From Candidatus Hodarchaeota archaeon (GTDB lineage Archaea; Asgardarchaeota; Heimdallarchaeia; Hodarchaeales; Hodarchaeaceae), in assembly GCA_016839815.1 (NCBI GenBank), contig JAEOTM010000060.1, positions 27,738 to 91,737 of the forward strand: DNA of 64,000 bases, written 5' to 3'. The position numbers and the translations under genes are program-made. Under the pieces are notes generated by a model. That model made no database searches. It was not told the origin of the DNA and saw only the letters and a program-made list of their open reading frames with translations. Of the stretch, positions 27,383-37,741 are shown one piece after another. Within the stretch, counting starts at the first letter, position 1, and each line of letters opens with the position of its first letter.

Positions 27383-29650
27383 TCATCCTCCACCGAAGAT
27401 GAGATCTAAGCCTACATCATCCATCTGCTCAAAGTAGGTTTGAATGGCGTCAAGATAGGATGGATCACTCGCAAATTTACCAAGAATCTTGAATCCTGCA
27501 ATAGTATCTAAGATACTCTGTGCTAATCCAGCGATAGAGACAGCTTCCGTTGCATTAGGTTCAAAGGTGTCTGGTGGTCCAGGGAACCAGAGGGTATCTT
27601 GCCAAGTGGTCTTCACTGTATTATCAATTAACGTTGCCGGCTCGATTTCATCATATGCTGAAGATGCGTTATATTTACTATATCCCATTAAGATTTCTGA
27701 CTGGTTGAAATCAGGATCGGCTAAAATCAAATCGAAGAATGTAGGTGCATCACCACCAGCACCTGCTATTGCAGCTGTATAAGATTGGTTAAAGAGTGAA
27801 AAACCTTCAGTAAATAATTGAATGGATGTAACAGTTCCTGCAAGGGCTCCCATCAAGTATTCAATTTCAGTAACATTATCATTGAAATTATTCAGCATTT
27901 GACTGAAATCTTCTAACATCGGTTTAAGAGAAGCATCAATGATGGCACCATAGTTATCGGCTACCAGACGATCACTCTCTTCAGTTGCCTCTCCGATATT
28001 ATACTTCGCATCAGTAAAGATAAGATCTGCTGTTGCAACCTCTTCTGCAAAATTATTCCAATCTGTTGTTAAAACTGCTGGATCAGAAAAGTCTAAATTT
28101 TCTAGTGTAACCAAAATATTTTCCATTGCAGTATAACACTGTGTTCCATTAGCTGCTGCTAAGGCAAACCATGAAAGAAGGTTTGTCATGCCTTTAAGGA
28201 TTTTCACTGTTCCATAGAACGGTAATTGGGATTCGTTATTGAAATCTCCAAGACTTATATGTTGGAAGGTGTCATTTGCTTCTTGAAGTTCTCCTGCTGC
28301 GTCATCAAGCCAAGCATTTGCACCAGGAAAATCGCTTTCTCCTAGTTCTTCAATAGCGAGAGTTGTTTTATAGGTAGCATTTAGGAAATCAATTCCTCCA
28401 TCAGCAATCTCCAATATGATACCATAACCAGCTTCCACTTCTTCGATAATATCTACTACAATGTTCAGATCTGTGTTTTCACCGACGATAACGTCATTAA
28501 GGATAGTTGTGATATTTCCAATAGCGTTAAGAACTCCACTTTGAGCATCAGTAAAATTCTCAACAGCATAACCAAGTTTATCTAAACCTAATACAAAATC
28601 CGGATCGTACGTTGCTTGAAGGTGAGTATTACTACTTCCAAAACCACCACCTAGATCAGTGTCTTCTAAGACTGAAAACGTTTCGTGAAAGCCACCAACA
28701 AGGTTCTGGTATCCTGCAAAGAGCGCAGGGAGTTCACCTGAAATAAGAGCAAGAACTTCTGCAATATCCAAAATTCCTGTTGCTTGCTGCATGTTAAAGC
28801 CTTCAAAAGAAGTATTTTCTGGGAAAAAAACATCAATCAGTATATTCACAAGGAAATTATTTTGAAATTGCTTGAAAGCAATAGAAGATTCTTTAAACCA
28901 CTTTTCAGCTCTTTCTGCTGCTTCACTAAGGTCTTTAACAACAGCAGGATCATTAAAGTCGATATTCGTTTCATTTTGAGCGCCTCCTCCTATTGTATAG
29001 CCAAAGGCTTGCATGAATTCAGAGGCACCTGCACCAATTGATACGCCACCATAAGCTAGATTTGCGAGTCCATGGTATGTAAACGGGATAAGTATCAATA
29101 GAACAATAACGAAAAATGCTGCAATTGGTTTCATGATGACTGAAAAGATCGAAAGTTCTCCTTTCTTCGTCCATATCCCAGTAGCAACTGCAGAAATAAA
29201 GAATCCAAGAAAGAGAGCAATTAATTCCACAATAATTAGATCTAGAATCATTGCTGCAGCGGCTATTTCTTCTCCAAAGTCTGCTAATTGAGGTATTAGT
29301 CCAGTTTCGATAATTGCATTCACAGGACCAGAAAGTCCTGAAAATATTCCAAACGGATTAGCAATCAGACCTGCAGTAGACAAATCAAGGATATAAAGAA
29401 GAATCCATGCTATAGGAGCAGAGATTATACTAAGTAAGCCAATTAATTTTGATCTTGCAAGGATACCAGTAAGACAAAAAGCAATAGCAACTAATAGCAG
29501 CTCAACTTGCATGAGTAAAGGAGATGTCCGTGATCCCAATAATCCAAAGACAATAGCAATAATTACTGGGCCCAAGATTCCACCCAAAAAGGCTTGCCAG
29601 AATGGAAGCGCTTTTACGGTTCGTAAATCGTCAGATTCTGGTTCGAACAT
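27383..29650 (-). CDS. Membrane protein with about 5 N-terminal TMs and a large acidic helical ectodomain (755 aa)
   Basis: Hydrophobic first ~195 aa; 13 N-glycosylation sequons, all after the last TM. Confidence 0.78.
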   Translation of the reverse strand: MFEPESDDLRTVKALPFWQAFLGGILGPVIIAIVFGLLGSRTSPLLMQVELLLVAIAFCLTGILARSKLIGLLSIISAPIAWILLYILDLSTAGLIANPFGIFSGLSGPVNAIIETGLIPQLADFGEEIAAAAMILDLIIVELIALFLGFFISAVATGIWTKKGELSIFSVIMKPIAAFFVIVLLILIPFTYHGLANLAYGGVSIGAGASEFMQAFGYTIGGGAQNETNIDFNDPAVVKDLSEAAERAEKWFKESSIAFKQFQNNFLVNILIDVFFPENTSFEGFNMQQATGILDIAEVLALISGELPALFAGYQNLVGGFHETFSVLEDTDLGGGFGSSNTHLQATYDPDFVLGLDKLGYAVENFTDAQSGVLNAIGNITTILNDVIVGENTDLNIVVDIIEEVEAGYGIILEIADGGIDFLNATYKTTLAIEELGESDFPGANAWLDDAAGELQEANDTFQHISLGDFNNESQLPFYGTVKILKGMTNLLSWFALAAANGTQCYTAMENILVTLENLDFSDPAVLTTDWNNFAEEVATADLIFTDAKYNIGEATEESDRLVADNYGAIIDASLKPMLEDFSQMLNNFNDNVTEIEYLMGALAGTVTSIQLFTEGFSLFNQSYTAAIAGAGGDAPTFFDLILADPDFNQSEILMGYSKYNASSAYDEIEPATLIDNTVKTTWQDTLWFPGPPDTFEPNATEAVSIAGLAQSILDTIAGFKILGKFASDPSYLDAIQTYFEQMDDVGLDLIFGGG

Positions 29651-29869
29651 TTTTATTCACATAACTAAATTATATTATAGTATGAAGAATTTGAGGAGGA
29701 CCTTCCTTATTAAAAGTAACTATTCAGTTATAGAGAAATGAGTAGTGATATCAGTTACACCAGTCTAATAGAAAAATCTATCAATGTTCTGGCAAGCTAC
29801 CAATTTATGGAGTGGATAGTGAGTAAAAGGAAAAAATAGATGCGATATTTTCACATACGACACTTTTTT

Positions 29870-31822
29870 CTAGGACAATTCAGCATTGAATTCTTCCCAC
29901 GATTTAATATGGATTCCGTACTTCTTTGCTTTTTCTAATTTATTACTCCCTGGTTTTTCCCCAACTACAAGTAAACCAAGAGATTTTGTTAGAGAAGCCC
30001 ATTCATAATCATTCCTTTCAACATACGCCTTAATCTCTTTCTTAGTCATTCCTGGAATTTTTCCTGTGACATAAATAGTCCCCCGTGTTTCATATCCTTC
30101 CTGTTCCGAATCTACCAAATCTGTGTCTACTTTATCTGTATCTCCAATGAAAGCCAGAAGATTACGTCTTGAATCTCTACCCCCTCTTTGCCTTCTTGAG
30201 GAATAATCTATAGAGACTCCCTTATTAAATAAGGCCTTTCCTAACGTGGGGTCCTGTACACCTGAAATAATATATCCAGCTGTAAGATCTGATATCCCCT
30301 CTATTCCTTTTAGGTCAGATATTTTTGCTTTTTCAATATCATCCCAAGAGTTAAAATGCTTTGAAAGAACTTTAGCTATTTGTACTCCTAAATTTTCTAT
30401 CCCAAGACCTGCTAGAAAGAGATGAAATGGTAGGATACGAGACTGTTGTATATTTTGGAAGACTTTGGATCCATTTTTCCCCAAAAGAGATACGAGTTTG
30501 GTTTCAGTTAATTCACTAGCATAAAGATCAGAAAAGTGCTGAATATGCTTATTATCGTACAGTTTTTCAATATTTTTTATTCCCAAACCTTTGATATCTA
30601 TTATTCTTACCCAATGCCGAATTTTTTGGATATCACGGTCTCTACATGAATTACTTTGACATATAAGGTTCACACCTTCCACACGAAGTTCAAATCCACA
30701 GGAAGGACAGTTTTCGGGTAGTACAACCTGGTTAGGTCCTTTCTTTTCAACTTGAGTAATTTTCGGGATTACATCCCCTGAACGAATAACCATTACTCTG
30801 TCTCCAACTGCTACGTCTAATGACTCAATAAACTCTCTATTATGTAGTGTAGCTCTACGAATCACCGCTCCAGATACTTCTATTGGTATTAGCTCGGCTA
30901 CTGGTGTAAGCACTCCTGTGCGACCTACTTGCCAAGTTATATCATTAATTAAGGTGCTTTTCCCCCTACTTTCAAACTTTAAGGCTATCATCCATTTTGG
31001 GTGATGTGCTGTAGTACCTGCAGTATTTATTGCATCACTTTCATTGTATTTTAAAACTAGTCCATCAATTTCAAAATCTAGAGAATTTCTTTCGGCTTCT
31101 ATGGAAGAAAATATTCGTTGGATATTTTTTCGGGTGGGTTCTTTAAGGTACTCGATTTTAGCGGTATTAAATCCCCAATCCTTAAGTATCCTCGCTCTAT
31201 CACTTAATGGCGCTTCTCCCATATACCCAAGTAACTCAAATGCAAAAAATGCGATTTTTCTCTTCTCTAGTAATGAGAGATCTTTTTGCTTAATAGTACC
31301 CACAGCTAAATTCCTTGGACTACTGTAATTATCTCCTCCTAGAGCATTAATACGATGAAACTCTGAGAGAGGCATGAAAAGTTCCCCTCTTACGAAAATT
31401 TGCGATTTCATAGGGATTGTTTTTGGAATAGAGGCAAGTTTCATTGCTACAATTGTTGTATCGTCACCAGTGGTTCCATTTCCTCGTGTAGCCGCTTGAA
31501 TTAAACGTCCTTCCTCATAAGTTAATGAAAGGGAAAGACCGTCAACTTTGTACTCAATATAAAGGTCGAACCCCTGACTCCATTTCAGAACTTCTTCAAT
31601 ATCTTGAGCTTTTTGACATGATAACATTGGAATATCGTGAGTTACTTTTCCTCCATCTAGGCTTCCGACAATGAAAAGAACAGGATTTTCTGGATCAAGC
31701 TGCCGCAATTTTTCCTCTAAACTATCATAAGCTTCATCAGATATTTCAGGTTCGCCATCATAGTACTTACGTTTATGATAAAGAATTTTATTTGCCAATT
31801 TGTCAATTTCTTTTGTCGTCAT
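29870..31822 (-). CDS. ligA: NAD-dependent DNA ligase (bacterial type)
   Basis: YY.GEPEISDE.YD (domain Ia), EYKVDG, TRGNG, RNLA.G, DGLV.K, VGRTG, RATLHN, Cys4 Zn finger, HhH and BRCT. Confidence 0.96.
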   Translation of the reverse strand: MTTKEIDKLANKILYHKRKYYDGEPEISDEAYDSLEEKLRQLDPENPVLFIVGSLDGGKVTHDIPMLSCQKAQDIEEVLKWSQGFDLYIEYKVDGLSLSLTYEEGRLIQAATRGNGTTGDDTTIVAMKLASIPKTIPMKSQIFVRGELFMPLSEFHRINALGGDNYSSPRNLAVGTIKQKDLSLLEKRKIAFFAFELLGYMGEAPLSDRARILKDWGFNTAKIEYLKEPTRKNIQRIFSSIEAERNSLDFEIDGLVLKYNESDAINTAGTTAHHPKWMIALKFESRGKSTLINDITWQVGRTGVLTPVAELIPIEVSGAVIRRATLHNREFIESLDVAVGDRVMVIRSGDVIPKITQVEKKGPNQVVLPENCPSCGFELRVEGVNLICQSNSCRDRDIQKIRHWVRIIDIKGLGIKNIEKLYDNKHIQHFSDLYASELTETKLVSLLGKNGSKVFQNIQQSRILPFHLFLAGLGIENLGVQIAKVLSKHFNSWDDIEKAKISDLKGIEGISDLTAGYIISGVQDPTLGKALFNKGVSIDYSSRRQRGGRDSRRNLLAFIGDTDKVDTDLVDSEQEGYETRGTIYVTGKIPGMTKKEIKAYVERNDYEWASLTKSLGLLVVGEKPGSNKLEKAKKYGIHIKSWEEFNAELS

Positions 31823-31951
31823 TACTCAAATCTCCTACCTGAATAGCTTTAGAAGAAGCTCCATTGGGACTAGACAAAAATAGAAAGCTCACAAGACTTT
31901 ATCAATTGCAATCTGTTTTAGTATTTAAAAATTAACGGAGGTTCAATATAA

Positions 31952-32797
31952 ATGGACATTGATTTGATATTAAAAATAGGGGGCTCTAGTATTTCTAATA
32001 AGGATTTACTCACAAAAGCTCTGAAGAGTCAATCACCAGATGATATAAAAGAAGCACTAGCGATTAACACAGAGAATATTGATCGTATTGCATCAGAAAT
32101 AAGGGAATTATATACCTCCGGAATTAAGAAGATGATCATATTGACTGGGGTAGGTTCACCAGGGCATTTTGTCGTATTACAACACGGGATACATAAGGGT
32201 AATTCAGGGAATATAAACCAACATTTAGGCCTAGTGGATGCTCAAGTGGCTGTTAATCGTTTACGACAAGCTTTATTAGAAGCTTTTTCAAAATATATGG
32301 TTCCTGTTGTCCAACTTTATGCTTCAAGCATATATGAATCGAATAAAATGAGAATTATAAGAGGGGATACAACCAATTTTGAGCGGTTTATTGAAAATGG
32401 AATTATTCCTGTTATTTCTGGGGATGTAGTACCCGATTTAACGATGGGATATAGTGTGTTAAGTGGAGATCAGATAATACTTGATTTAGTAAGGAAATAC
32501 TCCCCACCAAAAGTAATTTTTGGCTCAGATGTAGATGGAGTTTTTGATGATGATCCTAAATCAAGCACTCAAGCGAATCTAATCTCAAAAATTCCTTATT
32601 CTCAATTACCCCAAGTAATAGATCAGGTTTCAAGTGGGGACGCATCAGGGCGGATGAAAGGAAAACTTGTCGAAATTGGTAAATTATTAGAACTAGGACA
32701 AAAAGAGATTATTCTAATGAATATCACTAGAAAAGGGGCTTTACTTGAAACTGTAACCAGTGATTCAAGTAATTGTACCCGATTTTATTCTGATTAG
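31952..32797 (+). CDS. ipk: Isopentenyl phosphate kinase
   Basis: LKIGGS.I..K, GS.GH (IPK-specific His), PV..GD.V, SGD and DVDGV motifs. Confidence 0.85.
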   Translation: MDIDLILKIGGSSISNKDLLTKALKSQSPDDIKEALAINTENIDRIASEIRELYTSGIKKMIILTGVGSPGHFVVLQHGIHKGNSGNINQHLGLVDAQVAVNRLRQALLEAFSKYMVPVVQLYASSIYESNKMRIIRGDTTNFERFIENGIIPVISGDVVPDLTMGYSVLSGDQIILDLVRKYSPPKVIFGSDVDGVFDDDPKSSTQANLISKIPYSQLPQVIDQVSSGDASGRMKGKLVEIGKLLELGQKEIILMNITRKGALLETVTSDSSNCTRFYSD

Positions 32798-32801
32798 GAA
32801 C

Positions 32802-33329
32802 TTAAGAGCAGAGATCTAAAATTATTTGCGAAATTTTCGTTAAATCTTCTTTTTCGTCAAATGAGAAATAATCAGCTACTTGAAGCAATTTTTCTTTCTG
32901 GATTAAGGGAGATTTAATAATTAAAATTGGCTCTTGATAGTTGTAACGCTGATATAGTTCTTCAAAGTCCTGTTGACTCTTTACAATAAAGATAAGGGGA
33001 ATTTGGGGAAGCATTGCTGGATAGCTCTCACAGAGAATTAAATCGGTTGTTTCTGGAATTAATTTCAACAGGTTTTGAAGACTTGACCGTTCAGTTCTTT
33101 TCTCGTAGGTTACCGTTTCGAAAGGGCTTGCAAAAATGATGGGATTTGCATTCGTATTGCGATAAAGACTAGAGTCCTTCCCCTCAGGATCCAGAGAATA
33201 GTGTGAACTACTAAATTTAATCACTGAAATCCGTTTTCTTCTATCACCTAGAGATTGACTGATTTTCAGTGTGAATGTAGTTTTTCCTGTATTTCTATTA
33301 CCCACAATACCAATCAGAAGAGGTTTCAT
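32802..33329 (-). CDS. mobB: Molybdopterin-guanine dinucleotide biosynthesis protein B-like P-loop protein
   Basis: GNRNTGKTT, VIK, D.EGKDS and DLIL.E motifs. Confidence 0.78.
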   Translation of the reverse strand: MKPLLIGIVGNRNTGKTTFTLKISQSLGDRRKRISVIKFSSSHYSLDPEGKDSSLYRNTNANPIIFASPFETVTYEKRTERSSLQNLLKLIPETTDLILCESYPAMLPQIPLIFIVKSQQDFEELYQRYNYQEPILIIKSPLIQKEKLLQVADYFSFDEKEDLTKISQIILDLCS

Positions 33330-33349
33330 AATATATTCTCAACTATCAG

Positions 33350-33718
33350 TTACAAAATGTACATGATAATATAAATTAATGCTCCTCCAAGTGTAATCAA
33401 ACCCCCCATGGTTCCTCCGAGGATAGCTAACAGAAAAGCAACGACTATCCAATTTAAAGTTTCTTTTGCATGAAAATCATTCTTTATAGTCATAATAATC
33501 AATACAATTCCGACAATAATTGAAACTATACTCCAGAAATATTCAATATTCTCATCAAGAATAATATATGAAGCTAAGAAAAATGAATTCGGAATTGTTT
33601 GCTCAAGAAAAGCAGTTACTCCGTATAATAGCATTAGTAATCCTCCTAATGCTACTAAAATAACTCCTAGTACTGTACAATAACGATGCCACTTTGTTTT
33701 ATATCTACGCTTTGTCAT
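33350..33718 (-). CDS. Small Gly-rich membrane protein
   Basis: 3-4 TM segments and a basic N-terminus. Confidence 0.7.
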   Translation of the reverse strand: MTKRRYKTKWHRYCTVLGVILVALGGLLMLLYGVTAFLEQTIPNSFFLASYIILDENIEYFWSIVSIIVGIVLIIMTIKNDFHAKETLNWIVVAFLLAILGGTMGGLITLGGALIYIIMYIL

Positions 33719-33887
33719 TCTAGTTTTCCTCTAAATGTGGTAATAGTGATGGATAAATTCGATAGGAATTGAGATTCTATCTTTTAACTTTCACAATTTG
33801 AAACTCGATTATGGAATACTCTCTCTTTAAGTTGATCTTTAGTATTTATCTATTATCCGATAATTTCAAATAGAATTGGTTGATTAG

Positions 33888-34346
33888 TTGAGACTTGCTA
33901 TGTCCTCCTCTCAAAGGTCATCTTGGAAAATATATTTCATGAAAATCGCCTCACAGGTCGGTACACGGTCAACATGTAACCGTAAACATGTGGGAGCAGT
34001 AATAGTTCGTGATAAAACAATTTTATCAACTGGATATAATGGATCAATACGTAGTCTTGCTCATTGTGATGATGAAGGACATATGTTAGAAAATGGCCAT
34101 TGTATAAGAACCGTCCATGCTGAAGCGAATGCTATCGCTCAAGCTGCAAAGAATGGGGTGAATGTAAATGGTGCGGAAATTTTTATTACAGCTTCACCTT
34201 GTTGGACATGTTTTAAGCTTCTTGCTAATTCTGGAATTGTTAAGATAACATATGGGGAATTTTATAAAGACAAAAAAATCTTTGAAGCCTCAAAACTAGC
34301 TGGTATTGAGCTCGAACATCTTTCTCTTGATGAATCGGGGTTTTAA
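33888..34346 (+). CDS. dCMP deaminase (ComEB-like)
   Basis: RSTC.R..VGAV, TGYNG, HAE.NA and PC..C motifs. Confidence 0.93.
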   Translation: MRLAMSSSQRSSWKIYFMKIASQVGTRSTCNRKHVGAVIVRDKTILSTGYNGSIRSLAHCDDEGHMLENGHCIRTVHAEANAIAQAAKNGVNVNGAEIFITASPCWTCFKLLANSGIVKITYGEFYKDKKIFEASKLAGIELEHLSLDESGF

Positions 34347-34459
34347 ACGCAGCTAGCACTGGGTAGAAAAAGAAGGAGAAGCTATTATTCCCAGCTTCAG
34401 AAAAAAAAAGAGAAGAAAGAATTTTCTCAAGTCCCTCTCGTTTTTTAATCAAGGATTAA

Positions 34460-34834
34460 TCATATTTTGAATCTATGAAAATATTGAGCTCGTGCTCTTT
34501 TCTTGACTCTAGTTTTGCTATTACGGTTTTTTTTCATAACAGCTCTTTTTTTAAGATTTTTTGGTTTTGTGGATGAACTTAATTCTTTTTTAACGTGAGT
34601 TTTCTGATTAATATTATTTTTTAATTTCGGTCTTTTTCGAATCTTCTTCTTCTCGTTATGACGAGGCTTTGAAGGAGATTTTGAGAGTTTGGCTCCATCA
34701 GTTGTTTTTGGTGTGATTTTTTGTTTTTTACGCTGCAAGAGCTTCTTCGTTTTTTCTTTCTCTTCTTCAAAGTATTGTGTTGCGATATCTATTTCAGTGC
34801 GATTTCGTCTATTTTTTCTTGTATGTGCAGTCAT
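34460..34834 (-). CDS. Highly basic, low-complexity Lys/Arg-rich protein
   Basis: ATG at 34834 is preceded by a GGTGA Shine-Dalgarno-like sequence; a T-rich tract lies downstream on this strand. Confidence 0.6.
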   Translation of the reverse strand: MTAHTRKNRRNRTEIDIATQYFEEEKEKTKKLLQRKKQKITPKTTDGAKLSKSPSKPRHNEKKKIRKRPKLKNNINQKTHVKKELSSSTKPKNLKKRAVMKKNRNSKTRVKKRARAQYFHRFKI

Positions 34835-35279
34835 TGGAATCACCTGTGTTCATATCCAAGAAATCGCTTATGATCTCTCGGATTGGAAGTCGTTGAATGG
34901 CTCATTCTGGCTTGAGACGAATCCTAAGCCTTGACTGGATATTCTATCTGGGTCGAATTATTGGAGTTTAACCTCAAAGAGCGAATCGCATTATTTTACT
35001 CTTAACTCTATTGAAATAACTTCAACAATGTGATTATTGTCCGTTGTGACGAGTAGAACATTCTTAGTAGCATTTTTTAAGTCTAGTCGTCTGATAGTAT
35101 TCAAAAGACAACTTTAATGAAGAATATTACTCTGCACTTAAGATGTCTTCAAGTATATTTATATCCCAGATTTTTTAAGGTTATCGATTCATACAAGCAT
35201 AAATCATCATCTTTTAGGAAGAAATTAAAGATTCCAAGCAGAATCTCATAATTATCTTGAAGTCAAGGGAAGAAAAAGC

Positions 35280-36008
35280 ATGTCACAAATCAAAGTGATT
35301 TTTTTTAACATAGGTGGAACTCTTTTACAATTAAGGGGTACTACGATTCCTCAACTTTATTCTAAGCATTTATCGACTCTATTAGGACGAACAGTAAGCC
35401 CGAGTCAAGTTTATTCAGCTTTTCGTAAAGCAGAAAACTGGGCCCTATCAAGAAAGAACTTTTACTACTTATTCTCCGATTTAGATCAAAGAAAATATCA
35501 AAATGCCTTTTATAATGAATTTGGCGTAAAAGGTCGGTCGAAGATTAATAAAATTGAGATAGCTCTTGCCAAACTAATCGAATTGGAATTCCAACTGGAG
35601 AAAGGAGTAAAACCATTACTTCGTGAATTAAGTAAGGATTATTCAATTGGCTTGATTTCAAATTGGGATCTTAATCTTTATGAAATTCTTGATTCGTTTG
35701 AAATTAAAGAATATTTTGAATCTATAACAATATCTGGTGAGTTTGGGATAAGTAAACCCAGTCTTGAAATATTTAAATCTGGTTTAGCTGACTTTCCAAC
35801 AGTAAAGGCAAAAAATACTGTTTATATTGGTGATGACTATGATCTGGATATCGTTCCTGCACAGAAGATGAGAATGTTGACAATTCTGTATGATAAGGGA
35901 CCTTCAGGACTGCATGGATGGCCAAAAAGACCAGAAGTCAAATCTCCTAGGGTTGAAAGCCTCCAAGAGATCCCATCGGTTATTAAAGGATTTGAGAAAT
36001 TGAAATAA
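35280..36008 (+). CDS. HAD-superfamily hydrolase-like protein (motif I Asp replaced by Asn)
   Basis: FFNIGGTL, ISNWD, KP...IF and YIGD...DI motifs. Confidence 0.85.
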   Translation: MSQIKVIFFNIGGTLLQLRGTTIPQLYSKHLSTLLGRTVSPSQVYSAFRKAENWALSRKNFYYLFSDLDQRKYQNAFYNEFGVKGRSKINKIEIALAKLIELEFQLEKGVKPLLRELSKDYSIGLISNWDLNLYEILDSFEIKEYFESITISGEFGISKPSLEIFKSGLADFPTVKAKNTVYIGDDYDLDIVPAQKMRMLTILYDKGPSGLHGWPKRPEVKSPRVESLQEIPSVIKGFEKLK

Positions 36009-36036
36009 GATCTTTAAACTAGAAAAATATTGTTTC

Positions 36037-37548
36037 CTACCTTTTGCACTGCTTGGTTAGTAGTTGCAGATCTTCCCCTCGTTCATTCATTTCTTCATTC
36101 CAACAGAATCGCCATTCCCAATTGTTACCTGTTGTTCCTGGGATGTTCATCCTCGCTTCTGAACCAAGTCGAAGAAGATCCTGAAGAGGAATGACTGCCA
36201 TATTAGAAGCTGATTCCCATGCAAGCTTAATTAAATCACCAACAATATCCTCCCCAGTAGTTTTAGTATATTCAAGGACTACCTCTTGTAGATCACTTGA
36301 AAGGCTCCCAAACCAAGCAAGGGTAGTTTGATTATCATGAGTTCCTGTATATACAATTGAATTTTCTTTTAAATTCTGAGGAAGATATTTATTTTCCGTA
36401 AATTCTTCATTATCATCCCCAAAAGCAAATTGTAGGACATTCATTCCTGGAAATCCAGTTTCTTCTAATAAATCCTCTACTTCTGGTGTGATTACTCCCA
36501 AGTCTTCAGCTATTATCGGGAGATCGCCTAAACGATGTTTTAATCTTTTGAAAAATGCTAATCCTGGACCTTGGATCCATTCTCCTTTAACAGCAGTTTT
36601 TTCCTCTGCACATATTTGCCAGTATGCTTCAAATCCTCGAAAGTGGTCTATTCTAAGAATATCGACTTGTTCCAAATTATGTTTAACTCGTTTTATCCAC
36701 CATTCATATCCATCTTTCTTCATTTCAGCCCAACGGTACAATGGATTTCCCCATCTTTGCCCAGTAGCCGAGAAATAGTCAGGCGGGACTCCAGCAACGA
36801 AAATTAACTCTCTCTCTTCATCGAGAAAATAAGCCTCAGGATTTGACCAGACATCTACAGAATCATTTGCTACAAAAATCGGAATATCTCCGATAATTTT
36901 TACATTGTTTTGATTCGCATAATTATGAATCTCATCCCACTGCTTAAAGAATAAGAATTGGGAGAATTTAGATAACTCAATCTCCCTGTTTTTATTCTTC
37001 TGCCATTGATTGATAACTGAAGACTCTCTCATTTTATAGGGTGTTTCCCATTCGGTCCACGGTTTCATATCGTTTGCTTGTTTTAACGACATAAATAGTG
37101 CATAATCATTCAACCAAAAACCATGTTTGTCAATAAATTCGGTGAATTCAGTTTTCAAAGATGAATGATTACCTTGAGAGTATTTTTGGAAAGCTTTCTC
37201 AATTAAATTTCCTTTAAATTTGATGACCGCTTCGAAGTCAATACGTGAAGTAGAGGTAAATATCGGAGGAAAGACTTCACTTTTTGTTAATAAACCCATA
37301 TCTACAAGCTTATGGGGACTTATAAGTAATGTATTTCCAGCAAAAGCAGAAAAACATTGATATGGAGAATTTCCATATCCTGTTGGTCCAAGAGGAAGTA
37401 TCTGCCATAGTGTTTGTCCATACTTGCAGAGATAATCCACAAATTTGTAGGCCTCGGGACCAAAATCTCCAATTCCAAATTTACTTGGTAGGCTTGTTGG
37501 ATGCAGAAGGATTCCACTTCCTCGTTGTTGATTAAGTTCTTTATTCAA
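36037..37548 (-). CDS. malQ: 4-alpha-glucanotransferase (GH77)
   Basis: SGILLHPTSLP, WQILPL, GDIPIFV, RIDHFRG, AEDLG and YTGTHDN motifs. Confidence 0.96.
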   Translation of the reverse strand: MNKELNQQRGSGILLHPTSLPSKFGIGDFGPEAYKFVDYLCKYGQTLWQILPLGPTGYGNSPYQCFSAFAGNTLLISPHKLVDMGLLTKSEVFPPIFTSTSRIDFEAVIKFKGNLIEKAFQKYSQGNHSSLKTEFTEFIDKHGFWLNDYALFMSLKQANDMKPWTEWETPYKMRESSVINQWQKNKNREIELSKFSQFLFFKQWDEIHNYANQNNVKIIGDIPIFVANDSVDVWSNPEAYFLDEERELIFVAGVPPDYFSATGQRWGNPLYRWAEMKKDGYEWWIKRVKHNLEQVDILRIDHFRGFEAYWQICAEEKTAVKGEWIQGPGLAFFKRLKHRLGDLPIIAEDLGVITPEVEDLLEETGFPGMNVLQFAFGDDNEEFTENKYLPQNLKENSIVYTGTHDNQTTLAWFGSLSSDLQEVVLEYTKTTGEDIVGDLIKLAWESASNMAVIPLQDLLRLGSEARMNIPGTTGNNWEWRFCWNEEMNERGEDLQLLTKQCKR

Positions 37549-37741
37549 TACATCCTATCCTGGGATTTAACTTGAAAATTAATCTTTTTCTGAGAATCGA
37601 CCATTCTCAATTATGCATTAAGATTTTGAGCTTAGCAAATCTGAAATGATAAGTATAAGAGCAAATTTTACTTTTAGTACAAATATCTTATAGAAAAAGA
37701 GTGCAAAAGAAAAAAAAGATTTCACTTGTGTCTATCTAATT

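Noticed and set aside
34835-35279. Possible ncRNA in the long intergenic gap (short hairpins such as TTGAA-ATAAC-TTCAA)
   Set aside because: Stems are only about 5 bp and AT-rich; there is no properly ordered C/D box pair or other recognisable RNA motif.
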